Shown: piece after piece, positions 26,601-40,871 of the stretch
How the letters are laid out: the number at the start of each line of letters is the position of its first letter
How positions within the stretch are numbered: position 1 is the stretch's first letter
Origin: Balanoglossus misakiensis
Taxonomy: Eukaryota; Animalia; Hemichordata
Direction: 5' to 3'
Length of the DNA stretch: 64,000 nucleotides
NCBI GenBank assembly: GCA_040954595.2
Contig: CM082576.2
Location: 14,387,129 to 14,451,128, forward strand
The notes under the pieces: generated by a model
The model's database searches: none
The model's input: the letters and a program-made list of their open reading frames with translations, nothing else
Told to the model about the DNA's origin: nothing
Translations under genes and position numbers: made by a program

Positions 26601-28844
26601 TAGAATTGCATTTTTATAGTTAAAAAATCAAGTAGAATAGTGACTATTTTCAGGATTTTATTATCACAAAGTAGTTCCAATGGCGTTTACTTTTAAGGGG
26701 GACTGAAATAGCCTTAGTACATGCACGCTCTAACTACTATAAACAAACGATATTATGGCGAATGAATTACTCCAGTCTCCACAATTGGTGTTTAGACTCA
26801 TTATTTTCCTGCTTTGTTCATCACATGAAGGGTATTCAGATTCCAAAATTTGATGATGTGGTCAACCTTATATGTATGGATTGGAATTATATACATGTAT
26901 TTAATTGGCGTATAACTAGGTATTTTGTATAACGACTAAGAAAACCATCATAACAACTCATACAGATGAAGTCTATGAATATGTTGCAGTTAGAAAACAC
27001 ACCATCAAAACGGTCAGCTAAATTGAAATATTACCATCAAAGTTAAAATGAAAGCAGAAATCCTTGACAACACAGAAAGAGTAAATAGAGCGGCAAACCA
27101 GCCTAGTCGAGAGATTGACCCAAAGAGGGCGCAACTTATTATTCTTGTGAAGTTAATCTTGCGAAGTGGATGTTAAACAGTGTACACGTTGAGTGTGAAT
27201 TATTCCTAGGACAAACATTTATATCAGACGTGTACAAATCATTTATCAATACATGTTTATGTTTGCAAAATAGTCTTGACACAGTCACGAACTGTAAGAT
27301 GAATAGTTTTCTTGTTCAGACGTTGAAGTAAAATATCACCACTCTTACATGAGTGCCAAGTAAAGCAGCTGCATGGAATACATGGAGTACATGTATGTGT
27401 AGTTGTAACCATTAGATACAAGCCCCCTTCCTCTACCCCCCCCCCCCAGCGCACCACAAAGGTCGTCAACCTGAAAAGTAGGTCATCAACCCAACACAAC
27501 CTGTCTTACTAAAGTTATACCGATGAAAACTACGGGCTGCCTTCTGTTAATGTATTTGATCATTCTCTGTGAGTTACTTAGGAAGCTAGACTTATGGTGG
27601 CCTTTTCATGTTTTGAGGAAATTTAGACGCAAGTGCAAAACGTATCGTGAGGATGACTTCATAGAATGACGTCAGAGTGGATGAGTTGAAAGAAAACCAC
27701 CGTCTTTAAAAAACTCGCTGAATCAGTCAAATCTTCAGATTTTTAAATGTGACGTTGATACGTTGTTCGAGTAAGCGACAAGCATACCTTTATTCTAGAA
27801 AGGGTCAGGGGTCAATAGTAACCTAGTAACATACGTCTCTAACCCTCTTCCCCATGGTAACGAACACGTGGTTACGAGAAGCAAGCTCAATCATTACTTT
27901 TTTATACTAATCCTAATTATTTAAAAAGAACCGACAGTTGATAATTTGTGACCATCTTCATAGAAGTCAGCACCTCTTTCGATTTCATTGGACAAGGGGT
28001 GCTTCTAATGACTGTTTTATGATCATGGGTTCCACGCATGGTAGATTGTGCTCTTTTTAAACGTGCGTTTAAGATACTTGTCTTCCTAAAGCGTGGCCTC
28101 AACGACAACGTCCTTAAGTTAGTGAAGATGGGTATCAAACAAACATCCATTTTTCACTGTAATCTGAATTCGAGGTCAATTATGATCCATGCGGCCAATC
28201 GCTTTTTGATTAGAACACATTATTCAGACATTTAGCAGGTTGGACTTGCGAATGACATCCTCAACCCCAATGCCATGTCCCCGTCGATACAAACAAAAAC
28301 ATTATCTGTCTATCATCATATTTCTTCAGAGAAGGTTGATGGAATAGCTACAGGAGTCACGGAAAAAGAAAAACTTACATGATTGTTTATTAAAATGACA
28401 AAAATACCGACACTGCTTAAACCTTTACGAACTGAAGCGATCTCCCTAAATTGACGACTAATTCTGTTAAAACATTTCAGTCAATCTGTTCTCCAAGACA
28501 AAAATGTGCCACACATTCATTTTTTTTCATTCAAGTTTCAATTCAGTAAAGTTAATAAATGATGCTTAATTTGCTTACAGATCAAAGACGGCGTCGGCAG
28601 ACTGAAGTGTCCCACGCCGGGATGTCAATTAGTCTCCGAAGAGTACAAACACCCTTCTAGAAGAGCCTACATTGCTAGAGATTGCTGATGGTTTATCAAT
28701 ACGTTGGAATCATGCAGATAGCAACCGCCACTATTGTGTAAATTGACGTGAGACGTCGTCATTCTTAAGGTAAAGTTGATGGGTCGGCACCTTTGGCCAA
28801 TAATGTATTGTACTGTTTGATATTAGATACATACCCACGCACAT

Positions 28845-28855
28845 ACACACACGCA

Positions 28856-28911
<56 letters not shown>

Positions 28912-29060
28912 TACATACATACATACATACATACATACATACATACATACATACATACATACATACATACATACATACATACATACATACATACATACAT
29001 ACATACATACATACATACATACATACATACATACATACATACATACATACATACATACAT
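28845..29060. repeat. Compound (GCAC)n(AC)n(ATAC)n microsatellite
   Basis: Read directly; lies just downstream of the copy 5 poly(A) signal. Confidence 0.95.
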
Positions 29061-29327
29061 GTACAAAGCAAGACAACAGACAACGACTTTGATTTAAATG
29101 AATAAAAAACAGTTTAATCTCATTATCAAAATTCCGATTTGTTGTACAAATCCATCTGACAGCGCATATGCTAAAATCTACCAGCATTTGACTTTATCTG
29201 GAAATTTTTAACATGTGGCATATTGATGGGAAGTGTCTTATAGAAAACATAGGAAAAGCTGGAATGTCCACCAATAGTTCGTAAAATGGTGTTCGGATTT
29301 GTCCATTCAGGTCAGGTTTGTTCCCTT

Positions 29328-29729
29328 TTAGGCCCTCTTGAACCAACGTTTGGCGACAACTCCAACGCCTGGCTTGCTGAGAGAGAAGATCATTTCGTCT
29401 CCGTTGACTTCACGTGTCTCCACCACGGTGCCTGCGTCGACTCCCTTGATGGTCAGCTTGTTGCCCTCCAGGCTTGCGACGGCCTGCCTCTCCTTGCCGA
29501 GGACGGCGAATGTCTCTGTGAACGCCTCACCTGGCTTGAACTTCTGCTCGATGGTGTTGCCTTTTGGCCCGGTGATTTTGATGACGAAGAAGTCCCCATC
29601 CTTGGCGCATTCGACCGTGGTCTGTGCGTCGGCGGCGTTCTCTGCCTTGTCTGCCGGTGCCCCTGCGGCTAGCATGAACTCTTTGACGTTCTCGCTCTTG
29701 ACGTAGGTCCACTTGCCGGCGAAAGCCAT
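29328..29729 (-). CDS. FABP: FABP/iLBP array copy 5 (133 aa, uninterrupted CDS)
   Basis: MAFAGKW...KRWFKRA; intact ORF. Confidence 0.93.
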   Translation of the reverse strand: MAFAGKWTYVKSENVKEFMLAAGAPADKAENAADAQTTVECAKDGDFFVIKITGPKGNTIEQKFKPGEAFTETFAVLGKERQAVASLEGNKLTIKGVDAGTVVETREVNGDEMIFSLSKPGVGVVAKRWFKRA

Positions 29730-29802
29730 GATGATTGAAGTTGTGTGAGTGTGTTTGTGGCAACAGATGGAGACTTAGGGTCACTGTGAGGATGTCAGGC
29801 AG

Positions 29803-29860
29803 CCAGTGCCCGGGTAAAGCCTGCATGCCAGTATATGTGAGGCTCGGTATGCAAATAAGG
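29803..29860 (-). promoter_or_regulatory. FABP copy 5 core promoter: weak TATA (CATATA) and CCTTATTTGCAT
   Basis: Octamer at 29849-29856, 42 bp from an Inr-like A at 29807. Confidence 0.55.
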
Positions 29861-32800
29861 TGCGACGATTTTCCTGCGTGGGGTGGTTACTCACAGCATT
29901 TGCACCTTGAGACGTTGGGATCTGTTTATTAAGAATGCCATCGTCTTGCAGACACGAGAAATCACCAAATTATGAACAAGACAAAAAAGATATGACATTT
30001 ATGTCTCTACCTAATGATTGATAACTGCCACGAAATGACCCCTGGAATCCTAACCCATCCCTTATAGATTGGTTCATTCGTCTTTACTCGCCTTGCTAAG
30101 ATTTTAAGGATGACGTTATTTTCTTCCAATAACCCACCAGGCTTTTTTTAACACGTGCCATAACGTCTGGCAAACAACAGTTTTGAAGGTGATAGTGTGA
30201 ACTTTGGCACACAGAAAGTTGGTTTCTTGTTTAATAAATAAAAATCTGTCGTTTCAAGGGTTGCCATACCCAATTTGAAAATAAATGGACGCTATTTATT
30301 GTCAACCGTGATCATCACTAAATAATTCGTGTAACTTTCACACGTTATATTGTAGTGTTGGATAGTTTACATTGTAGAGTAATAAAGATAACTTGACCGG
30401 GTGATGAATATACAGAAAGTGAAAGGGGGACTTATATTTGGAAGATGAAAATTGACCATCAACAGGTGGTCGTTGCAGACACAAGGCATGTCGAAATGCC
30501 ACAGAAAATGCCGATATTGTATACGAACTCCTTCTATTGCCTTACAAATAGATACATGAATCGTTATGCTTGACACATGTCTCTTTTTTACACACACAGC
30601 AGTTTGTGAAGACATTAGTACGGTGCGTGTACTCCTCCCGTGTTGGCTTTTGACTGATGGCATTCAATTATTTGCTCGAGTTGGGTGGCAGGTTCCGTGA
30701 TGAATGGACTGGAGGCTACGACAAAGACAACATTATGCGGAGATTACAGAGCTCAGACGTGACGCGGACGCCATCCCGCAATTCGAATTGTCTACACCGG
30801 TATGGGTCACTTTGATTTTCTCAGAAGACACCCACTTCCGTTAGCAACAATAGACTACCCGTAAGATGCTTAGAGGTCGAACCGTTTGTTCCTGTGGAAT
30901 GGGATCTTAAATAGACCACCACAACAAATGCACCCTCCACTGCTAACATCTGTGACTGTTACTGCAGTGCCGTTTCAGTCAGCGGTGCAACCGTATCGGC
31001 GTCAATCGACACATGCACCAGTTTCCATGGCAACCCCAAAAGGTAAGAGCTAAGAGTTTAACTGCCAAATTTTGCTTATTGGAAATAACTTCTCAAAAAT
31101 GCAAAACAAAGCAACATTTAAAAAACCCGCAAAGATATAATATTACAATATTTGACACTAGTATACACCGTGGGATTTAGGTGTCATATTTTACCTTGCA
31201 ATGATTGTTCAGTTGACGTTATTGATTAAATATTTTCATACTTGGCGTATTTGACGCCAACACTCTTCGCGCCTGATCTTAAATTTCAGGGCTTTCATAA
31301 ATGGCAATTGAATATGTAATAGCGTGCCAGTAACTCCCGAAGGAAACAGTATCTGCCGTATGAAATTCAAATCAAAATCACGATTCAACGTCCTGCATGC
31401 GTGATTTCTTTGCGTTTAGTTTTTACCGCTGTGTGAAGCGATTGTCAATGGCGTGTACACGCGAGCGAGGTCACTGTTTGACATTGGTTTACTCGTGTCA
31501 AAGGTAGATTTGTGCCCTGCAAATGAAATATAGGTCATTGACATTTAATACTGTCTCAATTATTAAAATAATTTACAACAATTAAAACGTTGCATGACAT
31601 TATTGCGACTTTGCTTTTGCAGGAAACCATTGTGACTACTATTGGCCGGTGATCACGTCATTGAGACTACATTACATTCCTGATGTGACGTGATAATGGA
31701 AAAGACTGTAGTCCAGGGATGATATAGGTATGATATGATAAAATTATGATATCATGTTACAGTGGAAAATGCCCAAAATTTTTCATCCGATGTCACTGCA
31801 TTCTGTACCGAAACAGCTGGTTTAACTTGCGTTTACATTGTTTTTCGCTTGATCACCTCTTCCAACGCTCCCTTGTCAGCTTTAAATAGTCTATTGTCGC
31901 GATTGCCTACATCCATAATGTCTATAATTTTGGGGAGTTTTGGGGACATTTTATTTTTCAATGCAGGCTGCAAAGTCTTGTTGGGTTTTCTTTACAAACT
32001 TATCGCTGACACCTCCAAAAGAAGAAAATCATCATGATACATTCTATACCACTTCCAAGTTTAAAAATATGTGAAGATGGCGACTTTGAACGTTGGACTC
32101 TGACATAGTCCCAGTTGCACCGGCCACACAAGTGTTGAAACATGTTCTAGAAGTGTTAATATTTGACAAAAACAAAATATGTTTCAAAGACTATGATTTA
32201 GTGTCACGTACAGTCAATGCAAGTAGAGCAACAGAAATTCCTTTCACATATGTCTATGACGTGCCGTATTTCACAGTCAAAAATCTGACAAAACTCTGAC
32301 AGGGTGTCGATAGATAAAGTTAGGGTCGTATTTCACTCCCACAATATGAACGTTTACATCGCCTTATCTCAAAATGCGCCTGGCCGTGACTGTTACCCTG
32401 GAGAAAACAGAAAGCAAACAATTAATCCCGTGATTATCGGTTGGAGTCCTTGTCAAGTTGAGCTGTGCAACTAAAAATGTTACCAGGCAAAAAAATCACG
32501 CATCGATCAAACGTCAAAATTGCGACTCGGATAAATTGTGCGAAAATCGGATTTTTTCTCGGGTGAAGTAAAGCAAGAATGTTGCTTTCATCGCTTGATA
32601 TTTTGGACTGTTTTCATTTCCTAAATTTTTAATTACTAGTAAGAATGGATCCGGCAAATTGAATCGGCTTCTTTTCAAGTGAACCACAGACAAAGAACCC
32701 TTTGTAAGTTAACGAAATTGTAGGCGAGCCCACTATCGCTTTTCCAATCTCGAGAGTAACTATTCTTTAAAGATCAAAACTCTCAAAAGAAATCTAAGAA

Positions 32801-34616
32801 ATCTTGGGAAGACCTGACGTGGTACGGATCCCCATTTTCTTGTTCGTTACCCTAGTGCATACTTGGTATACGGATCATGAAAATCATGACATTCGACGCG
32901 TACATGTACATTGAAGGCGTAGGCCTATATCAAAGGAACGTCGTGTTAACAGAAAGTCCACTTTATTTCCTTTCCTTTTCTTTTGTTAGATTCCCTGTTT
33001 TGAAAAAAGGAAGAAGTGCCGAGAATATCACCTGGTGAAATTTGATGTCGAGGCGTATTTTGGAACTATGGCAACTGTGGTCATCTGACGTCACCAGAGC
33101 AAAATGCGCCCTCTTTGTCACTTTCGGTCATACGTAAGTGTGAAAGGGTCAGTAACACGACATACACTTATGATCAACGGTCAACTGTCATAAAGTAAAC
33201 TGTGTTTGAAAAATACACAATTACCACCAACTATAACACTTAACTTCCTTACATTCAAATGAAACTTTGCATTTGCATAGTGGCAACAATATAATTTTGA
33301 TATATGATAGAATTCACTGGCCATAATCTTACTAATCCCGATCAATAAATTCTAACATTCACAGCATTGTTTTTATTTTAAAAGAAATCAAATGTCCGTT
33401 CATCCAACACATTATGGACATGAGAGCAAATCCACAAAATTTCTCCTAATTTGTTTCATGACAAATGACAAGGTACTAGGTTGTATGCCGACGTGTTGTG
33501 TGTTATACGTCAGTGACAGACAAATTGGCAATGTTGTGCCTCATTAATCTCACTAGATGGACCGTCTGTCAAAAGTCGATCTTGTCCAAAAATTGTCTTA
33601 AAGTAACATGCGGGAACGCAGTGTCAAACTGCGTGTTACCACGACACCCCTTCCATTGGCTTAAGTCACCTATGATAAAAGAATGATCAAACTTTGCGCT
33701 TTCTGTTTATTTCTAACTGATAGCTGGGACTAGTACACCTTCCTCAGCTGACAGTTCCATTTCTTGAAACGCCATTCTACTTACACATAGGCCTATAATA
33801 CAAAGAGTGAGATCGGCATTTATTGTTTGACATGTGCGTATTTTATTTTATTTTCAGTGTAAGTGTGTATAGCAAGTGTATCCGAATAGGAGCATCTTCA
33901 AAAGGGGATCGCAACTGACGAATGATTTACGTGTCTGCTACCAGCCTGCTTCGTCGTATGGTTCTCATAACAGAACAGGGAAAATTAAAGATTCGGTACT
34001 TTTCCACGGAATTCATCAACGGAGAAGCAGTTGTCGAAACAGAGAACAATAGATGACTGGGAAGCAAATATTGTCGGCGTCAATGAGATCACCTTGCACC
34101 ATGCAGATGAAAATTTTCCCAGAACACCCCGCAGACGTCGCGTGGCGGACGTGTCGCTGATGATGCGGCGTCACTTTCCAGGGGTCTCCTCCACCTCGGA
34201 CTTTGTCAACCCGTGACCAGGTTTATACCGGGTCACCAAGTCGCGACCAGACTGCAGGTCAAGAGGCTTTAAGATGATTGGGGAATTCGAGATGAAGGAT
34301 TTAAAACACAAGAGTCTATGAAAGGGTTAACAAGGTTGAGCGTGACCGTTTTATTGTAACCATATCTTTAATAGAATGTGATATACAACTTGAAAATGTT
34401 AAGCCATACCATGGGCAGTTGATATATAGCCCGTGGAAAGTTGTACAGTTTGTAAACTGGGTAATTGTTAAATTAACATTTCAAATATTTCAGAGGCTTA
34501 AAAGTAAGAAAAAGAGCAAAACACAGCAGCTGGAATAATATCTAGAATCCTATTGTCTATAGCGAATGTAATATCAGCATTGCTTTCGGAGCAAGTGTTC
34601 GTATCTCTAGGCCAGT

Positions 34617-35018
34617 CTATGCACGTTTGAAGAAGCGTTTCCCGACGACGGACACTCCGGGTTTGGTCAGACTCAACACCATCTCGTCACCCTTGACTTC
34701 GCGGGTCTCGACGACGGAGCCTTCTTCGACGCCCTTGATGATCAGCTTGGTGTCTCCCTCCATGGAGGCCACGGCCTGTCGCTCCTTCCCCAGCGGCTGG
34801 AACACCTCCTTGAACGGCTCGCCCGGCTTGAATCGGTGCACCACCTCGCCCTTGCCGCCGGTGATCTTGATGAAGAAGGTGTCGCCATCCTTGCCGCACT
34901 CCAGCGACGTCGCCAGGGCGGCGGCGGCTTCGGCCTTGTCCGGCGGCCCTCCCGCCGCCAGGACGAACTCTTTCATGTTCTCCGACTTCACGAAGGTCCA
35001 CTTCCCGGCGTACGCCAT
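34617..35018 (-). CDS. FABP: FABP/iLBP array copy 6 (133 aa, diverged, uninterrupted CDS)
   Basis: MAYAGKW...KRFFKRA; compensating one-codon deletion and insertion relative to copies 1-5. Confidence 0.92.
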   Translation of the reverse strand: MAYAGKWTFVKSENMKEFVLAAGGPPDKAEAAAALATSLECGKDGDTFFIKITGGKGEVVHRFKPGEPFKEVFQPLGKERQAVASMEGDTKLIIKGVEEGSVVETREVKGDEMVLSLTKPGVSVVGKRFFKRA

Positions 35019-35086
35019 GTCGACGGAGTGAGTGTTTTTCTGAAGAGAGAGGCGGTATGTGAAGGACTCTTGAAGCTCAGGCGTGA

Positions 35087-35139
35087 GAGTGACTCCGAGT
35101 GCCGCGGCTCCGATCTCTTATCTCAGACGATATGCAAAG
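35087..35139 (-). promoter_or_regulatory. FABP copy 6 core promoter: Inr TCACTC, GATAAG at the TATA position, octamer variant
   Basis: Inr A at 35090, GATAA at 35118-35122, CTTTGCAT at 35132-35139. Confidence 0.55.
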
Positions 35140-36813
35140 CAGGACTGACACAATTCTGACGACAGGTGAAATTAAGTAATAAGAGCACTTTTCCCAATTA
35201 AAAGTGCACACACCAGCGACATCTTGATCGCATCGACACAAAATGACACCGTCTTGGATGCATATTGTCCAAACTGTACTAGACTATTTCAACCAAATCA
35301 CAACCGCTGTTACTTTTCGTGAGGAGTTTAAAATTCCGAACACCCCCTTACAATGTCGTTAATTCAAAATAACGCCTTCACAAGCCATATAATATTTACA
35401 TATGGATTTTATAGAATGATAGGGACATCTTGAAGCGTTCAGTGAAAGTTGGGGATTATGGGTACTTGAACCCACCCACTTGTATTTTAATAATCTCTTT
35501 GCATAAAATAAATAGTGGCATACATAAAGATCACTTACATTTTCTACCCTCCCCAGGTCTACCAGGAGCTGGTCTATCAATAAATGACCAAACGAGGCCA
35601 TTCACGTATCACATACATTGCCCTGAGTCGTTTTTTTATTAACCCACTTCAAATTGATCTTATCGAAGGCCTTTTGGGGTCGTCCGAACGATTTGTACAA
35701 AGTGAACCTTTAAGGAGAATCTGTTTCATTTTGTGTTCACGTCTTTTATTTTTGTGGCAAACATGTGTCGTTTAACCAAAGAATAAAAGATGATTTTGAA
35801 GTTTAATTATACATGTATGAGCTATGTTTATACATACACTCTGGAATTTAACGACAATATCTAGAGCTTCCACTTGTGCATTATTTTCATGATTTTATTT
35901 TCCAACTTAAATTGGTCCATCTAAATAAGCTTACTGATAGGTATACATGAACACCTTATCGATGCCCGATTGTGGCTGTATATAGCGATTTGAAACTGCT
36001 ATGTATTAAAACGGTGCCGCACCGATTTAATCAGCATCCATACAAACAGTACGCAGCTATCGTGGTATGCGTCGCCAAGAGATGACAAACTGATGCAAAT
36101 GCAAGTAATACGGCTCAATGTTGAGGGTTTTAGAGGAAAGGAAATACATTTGAAGTATTTTACTGTGGAAAAACTATGTGACATTTGGCAGCCATAGAGG
36201 CTTTTAATCTTAAGGTGCCGTGGGGATGGTCTTTGTGGTGGTGGTGCACGGGGTAGCGGCGGTGGTCATCAAGTGATGACTATAGAAGTCTCAGAGTTTT
36301 CTTTTCGAAAAAGGGCTTTAATTGACCACGGCACTTATAACAAATATTGCCTAAATACATGGGAACAAATTGCAGGAAACGAGAGGAAAATACGAAAGGA
36401 ATACGAAAAGATATGAAGGAAGAACTCCATTCACACGTATGATACTGATGGCGTGGAATGATCTATTAAGTCGAAATGTCGATGAATATATATTTATCGG
36501 GTATTCATTTATGTTTTGCGTTTGTATATGTATAAGTCTCATTCCATTGCACTGAACAAATCTCTAAAATGCACCAATAAATAAATAACGTGATGGAAAA
36601 TAAAACAGAAACCGAGTGGGTTCATTGAGAGTTCTCATAGCGTTATGCTATTGATGAGTTTTTGTTGATTGTGTATGGATATGGATTTAAGTGTGGGCGT
36701 GGTTGTTTCATATTATGGACGTGTTCTCTTGGATCAGCGTGATCTGAAAGTTTCTTGTGTCGATCGGTGATTGATTGTAGAGTTATTTCCCTCTCAAAGG
36801 GGGGGGGTCATCT

Positions 36814-36817
<4 letters not shown>

Positions 36818-36895
<78 letters not shown>
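36818..36895. repeat. (GA)n microsatellite
   Basis: Read directly from the sequence. Confidence 0.95.
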
Positions 36896-36901
<6 letters not shown>

Positions 36902-37526
36902 TTCTTGGAAACATGTCATGTGGCGGATTCGAAGAAATATACATAATTTAACTGGCAATCAGCATGTTATGTGATTTTAATGGTAAAATATGCTAAACTG
37001 CTATGTCAATCTGAGAAGAATATCCACACACTCAACGCATCGACCCCATCAACCCGTTCGAAGTGAACAGAAACAACTCAAGTCTGTCGTCATGGAACAT
37101 TTAAGTGGGTATTATCACACGGTATGTGTGGATGTTATCGTTGCAATTTTCTATTATTATTACAACCACTTATTAACATGATAACAAAAACAGCCTTGGC
37201 CATAAAAGTCTCGAAGGTACCGACAGACACCTCTCCATCGGTACAGCCAATAAATCTTATCTGACAAGTGTCACGTCATCGGAGATATAATATTTACAGG
37301 GTGGAAGTGTCCTATTGGAATATTTTGCATGTGAGTCGGTTGTTACGAAAAGTATAGTTTTATTCCCATCACTGAAACCAGAGGGCGTTTTACCGACGAT
37401 AAGGATATCAGATAAATATGTATGATATTGTCATCAATGATAATTACGTCTGTGGCGTTTGATCGATGTACATGTTAAGAAGAGATTGTCCAATTTATAG
37501 GCTGGTGGTGCCCTCGGTGAATTCTC

Positions 37527-38071
37527 TGTTTGTTTGTTTGTTTGTTTGTTTGTTTGTTTGTTTGTCTGTCTCTCTATCTCTCGCTCGCTCTCCGTCCCTC
37601 CCTCCCTCCCTCTCCCCTTCTCTTCCTCTATCTTCTCTGTCTGTCTGTCTGTCTCTCTCGCTCTCTCTCTCCCTCCCTCCTTCCCTCTCCCCTTCTCTTC
37701 CTCTATCTTCTCTGTCTGTCTGTCTGTCTCTCTCGCTCTCTCTCTCCCTCCCTCCTTCCCTCTCCCCTTCTCTTCCTCTATCTTCTCTGTCTGTCTGTCT
37801 GTCTCTCTCGCTCTCTCTCTCCCTCCCTCCTTCCCTCTCCCCTTCTCTTCCTCTATCTTCTCTGTCTGTCTGTCTCTCCCTCCCTCCTTCCCTCTCCCCT
37901 TCTCTTCCTCTATCTTCTCTGTCTGTCTGTCTGTCTGTCTGTCTCGCTCTCTCTCTCCCTCCCTCCTTCCCTCTCCCCTTCTCTTCCTCTATCTTCTCTG
38001 TCTGTCTGTCTGTCTCTCTCGCTCTCTCTCTCCCTCCCTCCTTCCCTCTCCCCTTCTCTTCCTCTATCTTC

Positions 38072-38103
<32 letters not shown>

Positions 38104-38436
38104 GCTCTCTCTCTCCCTCCCTCCTTCCCTCTCCCCTTCTCTTCCTCTATCTTCTCTGTCTGTCTGTCTGTCTCTCTCGCTCTCTCTCTCCCTCCCTCCT
38201 TCCCTCTCCCCTTCTCTTCTTCTATCTTCTCTGTCTGTCTGTCTGTCTCTCTCGCTCTCTCTCTCCCTCCCTCCTTCCCTCTCCCCTTCTCTTCCTCTAT
38301 CTTCTCTGTCTGTCTGTCTGTCTCTCTCGCTCTCTCTCTCCCTCCCTCCTTCCCTCTCCCCTTCTCTTCCTCTATCTTCTCTGTCTGTCTGTCTGTCTCT
38401 CTCGCTCTCTCTCTCCCTCCCTCCTTCCCTCTCCCC
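37527..38436. repeat. (TTTG)n followed by a CT-rich minisatellite, 75-bp unit, about 11 copies
   Basis: Unit starts at 37671, 37746 and 37821; some units have length variants. Confidence 0.92.
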
Positions 38437-40793
38437 GGCTGTTTCACGGTGTACATAATTTATTTTCACATTTTACGACATATGCCCAAAAATTACACCT
38501 GACATATCGTGGTATTCGACCCAGCAATAGCGAAATCACGAACGCTTCATGTAAATTATGGACTCGGACAGGCATGAAGCTCATTTCAATTGAACAGAGT
38601 TGAAAATATTACGTTTGTCATTTTATTTATTTCAGTAGTTGAATCTCTACTGTTTATAATTTCCATTCTAACATTGATATAACTCATGTGAAGGGCGGAC
38701 ATTGTTCGCCGACTGACCCGCTGTGCGCTATGAATGGTTAAATTTATTGCTGCCAGACCTTTCTGACGTGTCCTAGTTTTATTGAACCAAGTGTAACCGA
38801 CAGAAATCCGCAATAACACAGTTAATGTTAATATTAAGTATTTAATACAATATAATGCAAATACACTATCAGCTGAACCTTTTATTATGTCTTGTTGGCC
38901 AAGGAAACCAACAAGATTCTGATACGCGGTACCGAGAGAGTTCGACTTCATGTTAATTTGTACCATCGGTATAATACGTTCATTGTAAGCTGGTCTAGCC
39001 TAAGATTTACCTTGAAATTATATTTCAGGACCCATCGATTTGTAATATAACAGTTTGAGTTCTTGTACCTCTGAAACCATTTCAATAGCAAATGGAAATT
39101 ATTTTTGAAGCTTGTGAACTTTGACCTATATCTTCGGTACCTGGTCATAGTCGTGTCGGGTCGCGTTTGTGGGGTTATTGGTCGTAGCGGAGTCGTCAAA
39201 GTTATCGTCCATTTTGGCGGAGAATCCAATTTTATATCTGGTACTTCTTAAACCGACCAAGGGTAAATGACCAACTCTTGACTCGTGGGTTTCTCTGGAT
39301 CTCGAGAGAGGGGGAAAATACCGAGGTCATTCAAGGTCATTTTCAAGAGATTACTTGAAACAAAAAAATCGTCTGTTAGTATTCTGGTCTTTTTCGCACG
39401 AGTCGTTCTTTTCTGTATAGAAATGTCCAAAACCGTCGGATATCAAGTTCCAATGTTTTTGTACGCCTGTGAGAGTTGTGTTCTCAGACTTGTACAGTTC
39501 GATACACAACGGTTTAATCGCTTTGGGCCATCCTATTAGTATTAAAACTTAATTTCACGTTATGCTGGGATGGATTCACTTTTTGTGAACGGCCGATAAT
39601 AATAAGAGCGGTGTGGAACAACTGCTCACGTAAAACAGAATTGACGAAAATTTTAGGTACACCGTGCATATACAATGTATACGTATTGTGGAACAGGCAA
39701 CCTTTATCAGAATGGTGCTTTAATATTGTGCTACTTGTGTGAATTTCAGCCGTTAAATTAGTCTCTCGTTGTTGGGGTAGAGGAATGGGAACCTTGTTGT
39801 AGAGTACACGTATTTTCGATTGTTCCAGTATTTCAGTCACTGTCAAATTTGGATTGTTATCGACATAATCACGATGCATGAGCAGTTCTGTCCGTAGCAG
39901 TCAGTAGTTTATCTTTATACACGACAGTCACATCAGGTCTTGGTGGTTTACTCGTTGAACTTTATACACACACGCTTTGTGGTAAACACGTCAGACTTGC
40001 AATAGGGGTGTCTGTGGACAACAATGCGACACATGACCGTTTTCTCCACTCTTTAACTTTCTTAATCAACGCAATATTATAATAAGCCGCGGTTGCAAAC
40101 ACAAGAATTCCATACAAGTGAAATTACTTGTGTTTAGGTATACAGGATCGGGGTTTGTTGATCAATTCTGGACAGGCTCCCCCCCCCCCCACCTGCCTTC
40201 GTTTGGTAGCACCCCAGGTATGTTGTCTAGCCCCACTCTATGAAAGTTCAGACGGGGTCATGAGTTAAACTTTCTGCACAGAACCAGTTTGGTGACTCGC
40301 TGAAGCTGTGTGTACAAAGGTCATACAACACCCGGATACAACCAAAGCGCGAATTAATGAAAAAAAAGTGTTATCGTGTCATGATTTACTGATATTAATA
40401 TTCATATTCAATGATCGTTTCTATCTGAATCCCGGCCTATATCTCTGTGTCTGTCTAGAAATTGCATTATCTGTGTCTCTGTCAGATTGGTCTGTTGACT
40501 ATGTTGACATTATTTTTTATTGAGACCCAGCTCATTTCTCCCTTATGACTCAAATTCATCCAGGGATGAAATTCGACAAATATTTCACAGGCGTGCTGTA
40601 AACCAGGCTGCACGTACAGACGCTATACTATGTGGTATATTAAGTATAACAGTATAAATCAACTTTTCGAACTCAAGAATGATTTCTTGAGAAATAAAAT
40701 CGATGAATTGGCAGTCAACAACCTCTTGATGTGTTAATTTATGATACCAAAATAATTATGATAAAGATTGGAACACATTATGCACCTACACTC

Positions 40794-40871
40794 ATGACGA
40801 CGACAACGACGGCGATGATGATATTCATCATCATCATCATCATGATCATCATCATCATCATAATCATCATC
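40794..40871. repeat. (GAC/GAT)n-(CAT)n trinucleotide tract
   Basis: Read directly; a similar (GAT)n-(CAT)n tract lies at 50640-50710. Confidence 0.8.

Noticed and set aside
31760-32060. Minus-strand frame with a coding-like look (WYRMYHDDFLL...)
   Set aside because: Two in-frame stops, no clear splice sites and no domain I can identify confidently; BLASTX would be needed
37466-38603. Several ORFs over 300 aa
   Set aside because: Translations of the stop-free 75-bp minisatellite; open in many frames on both strands
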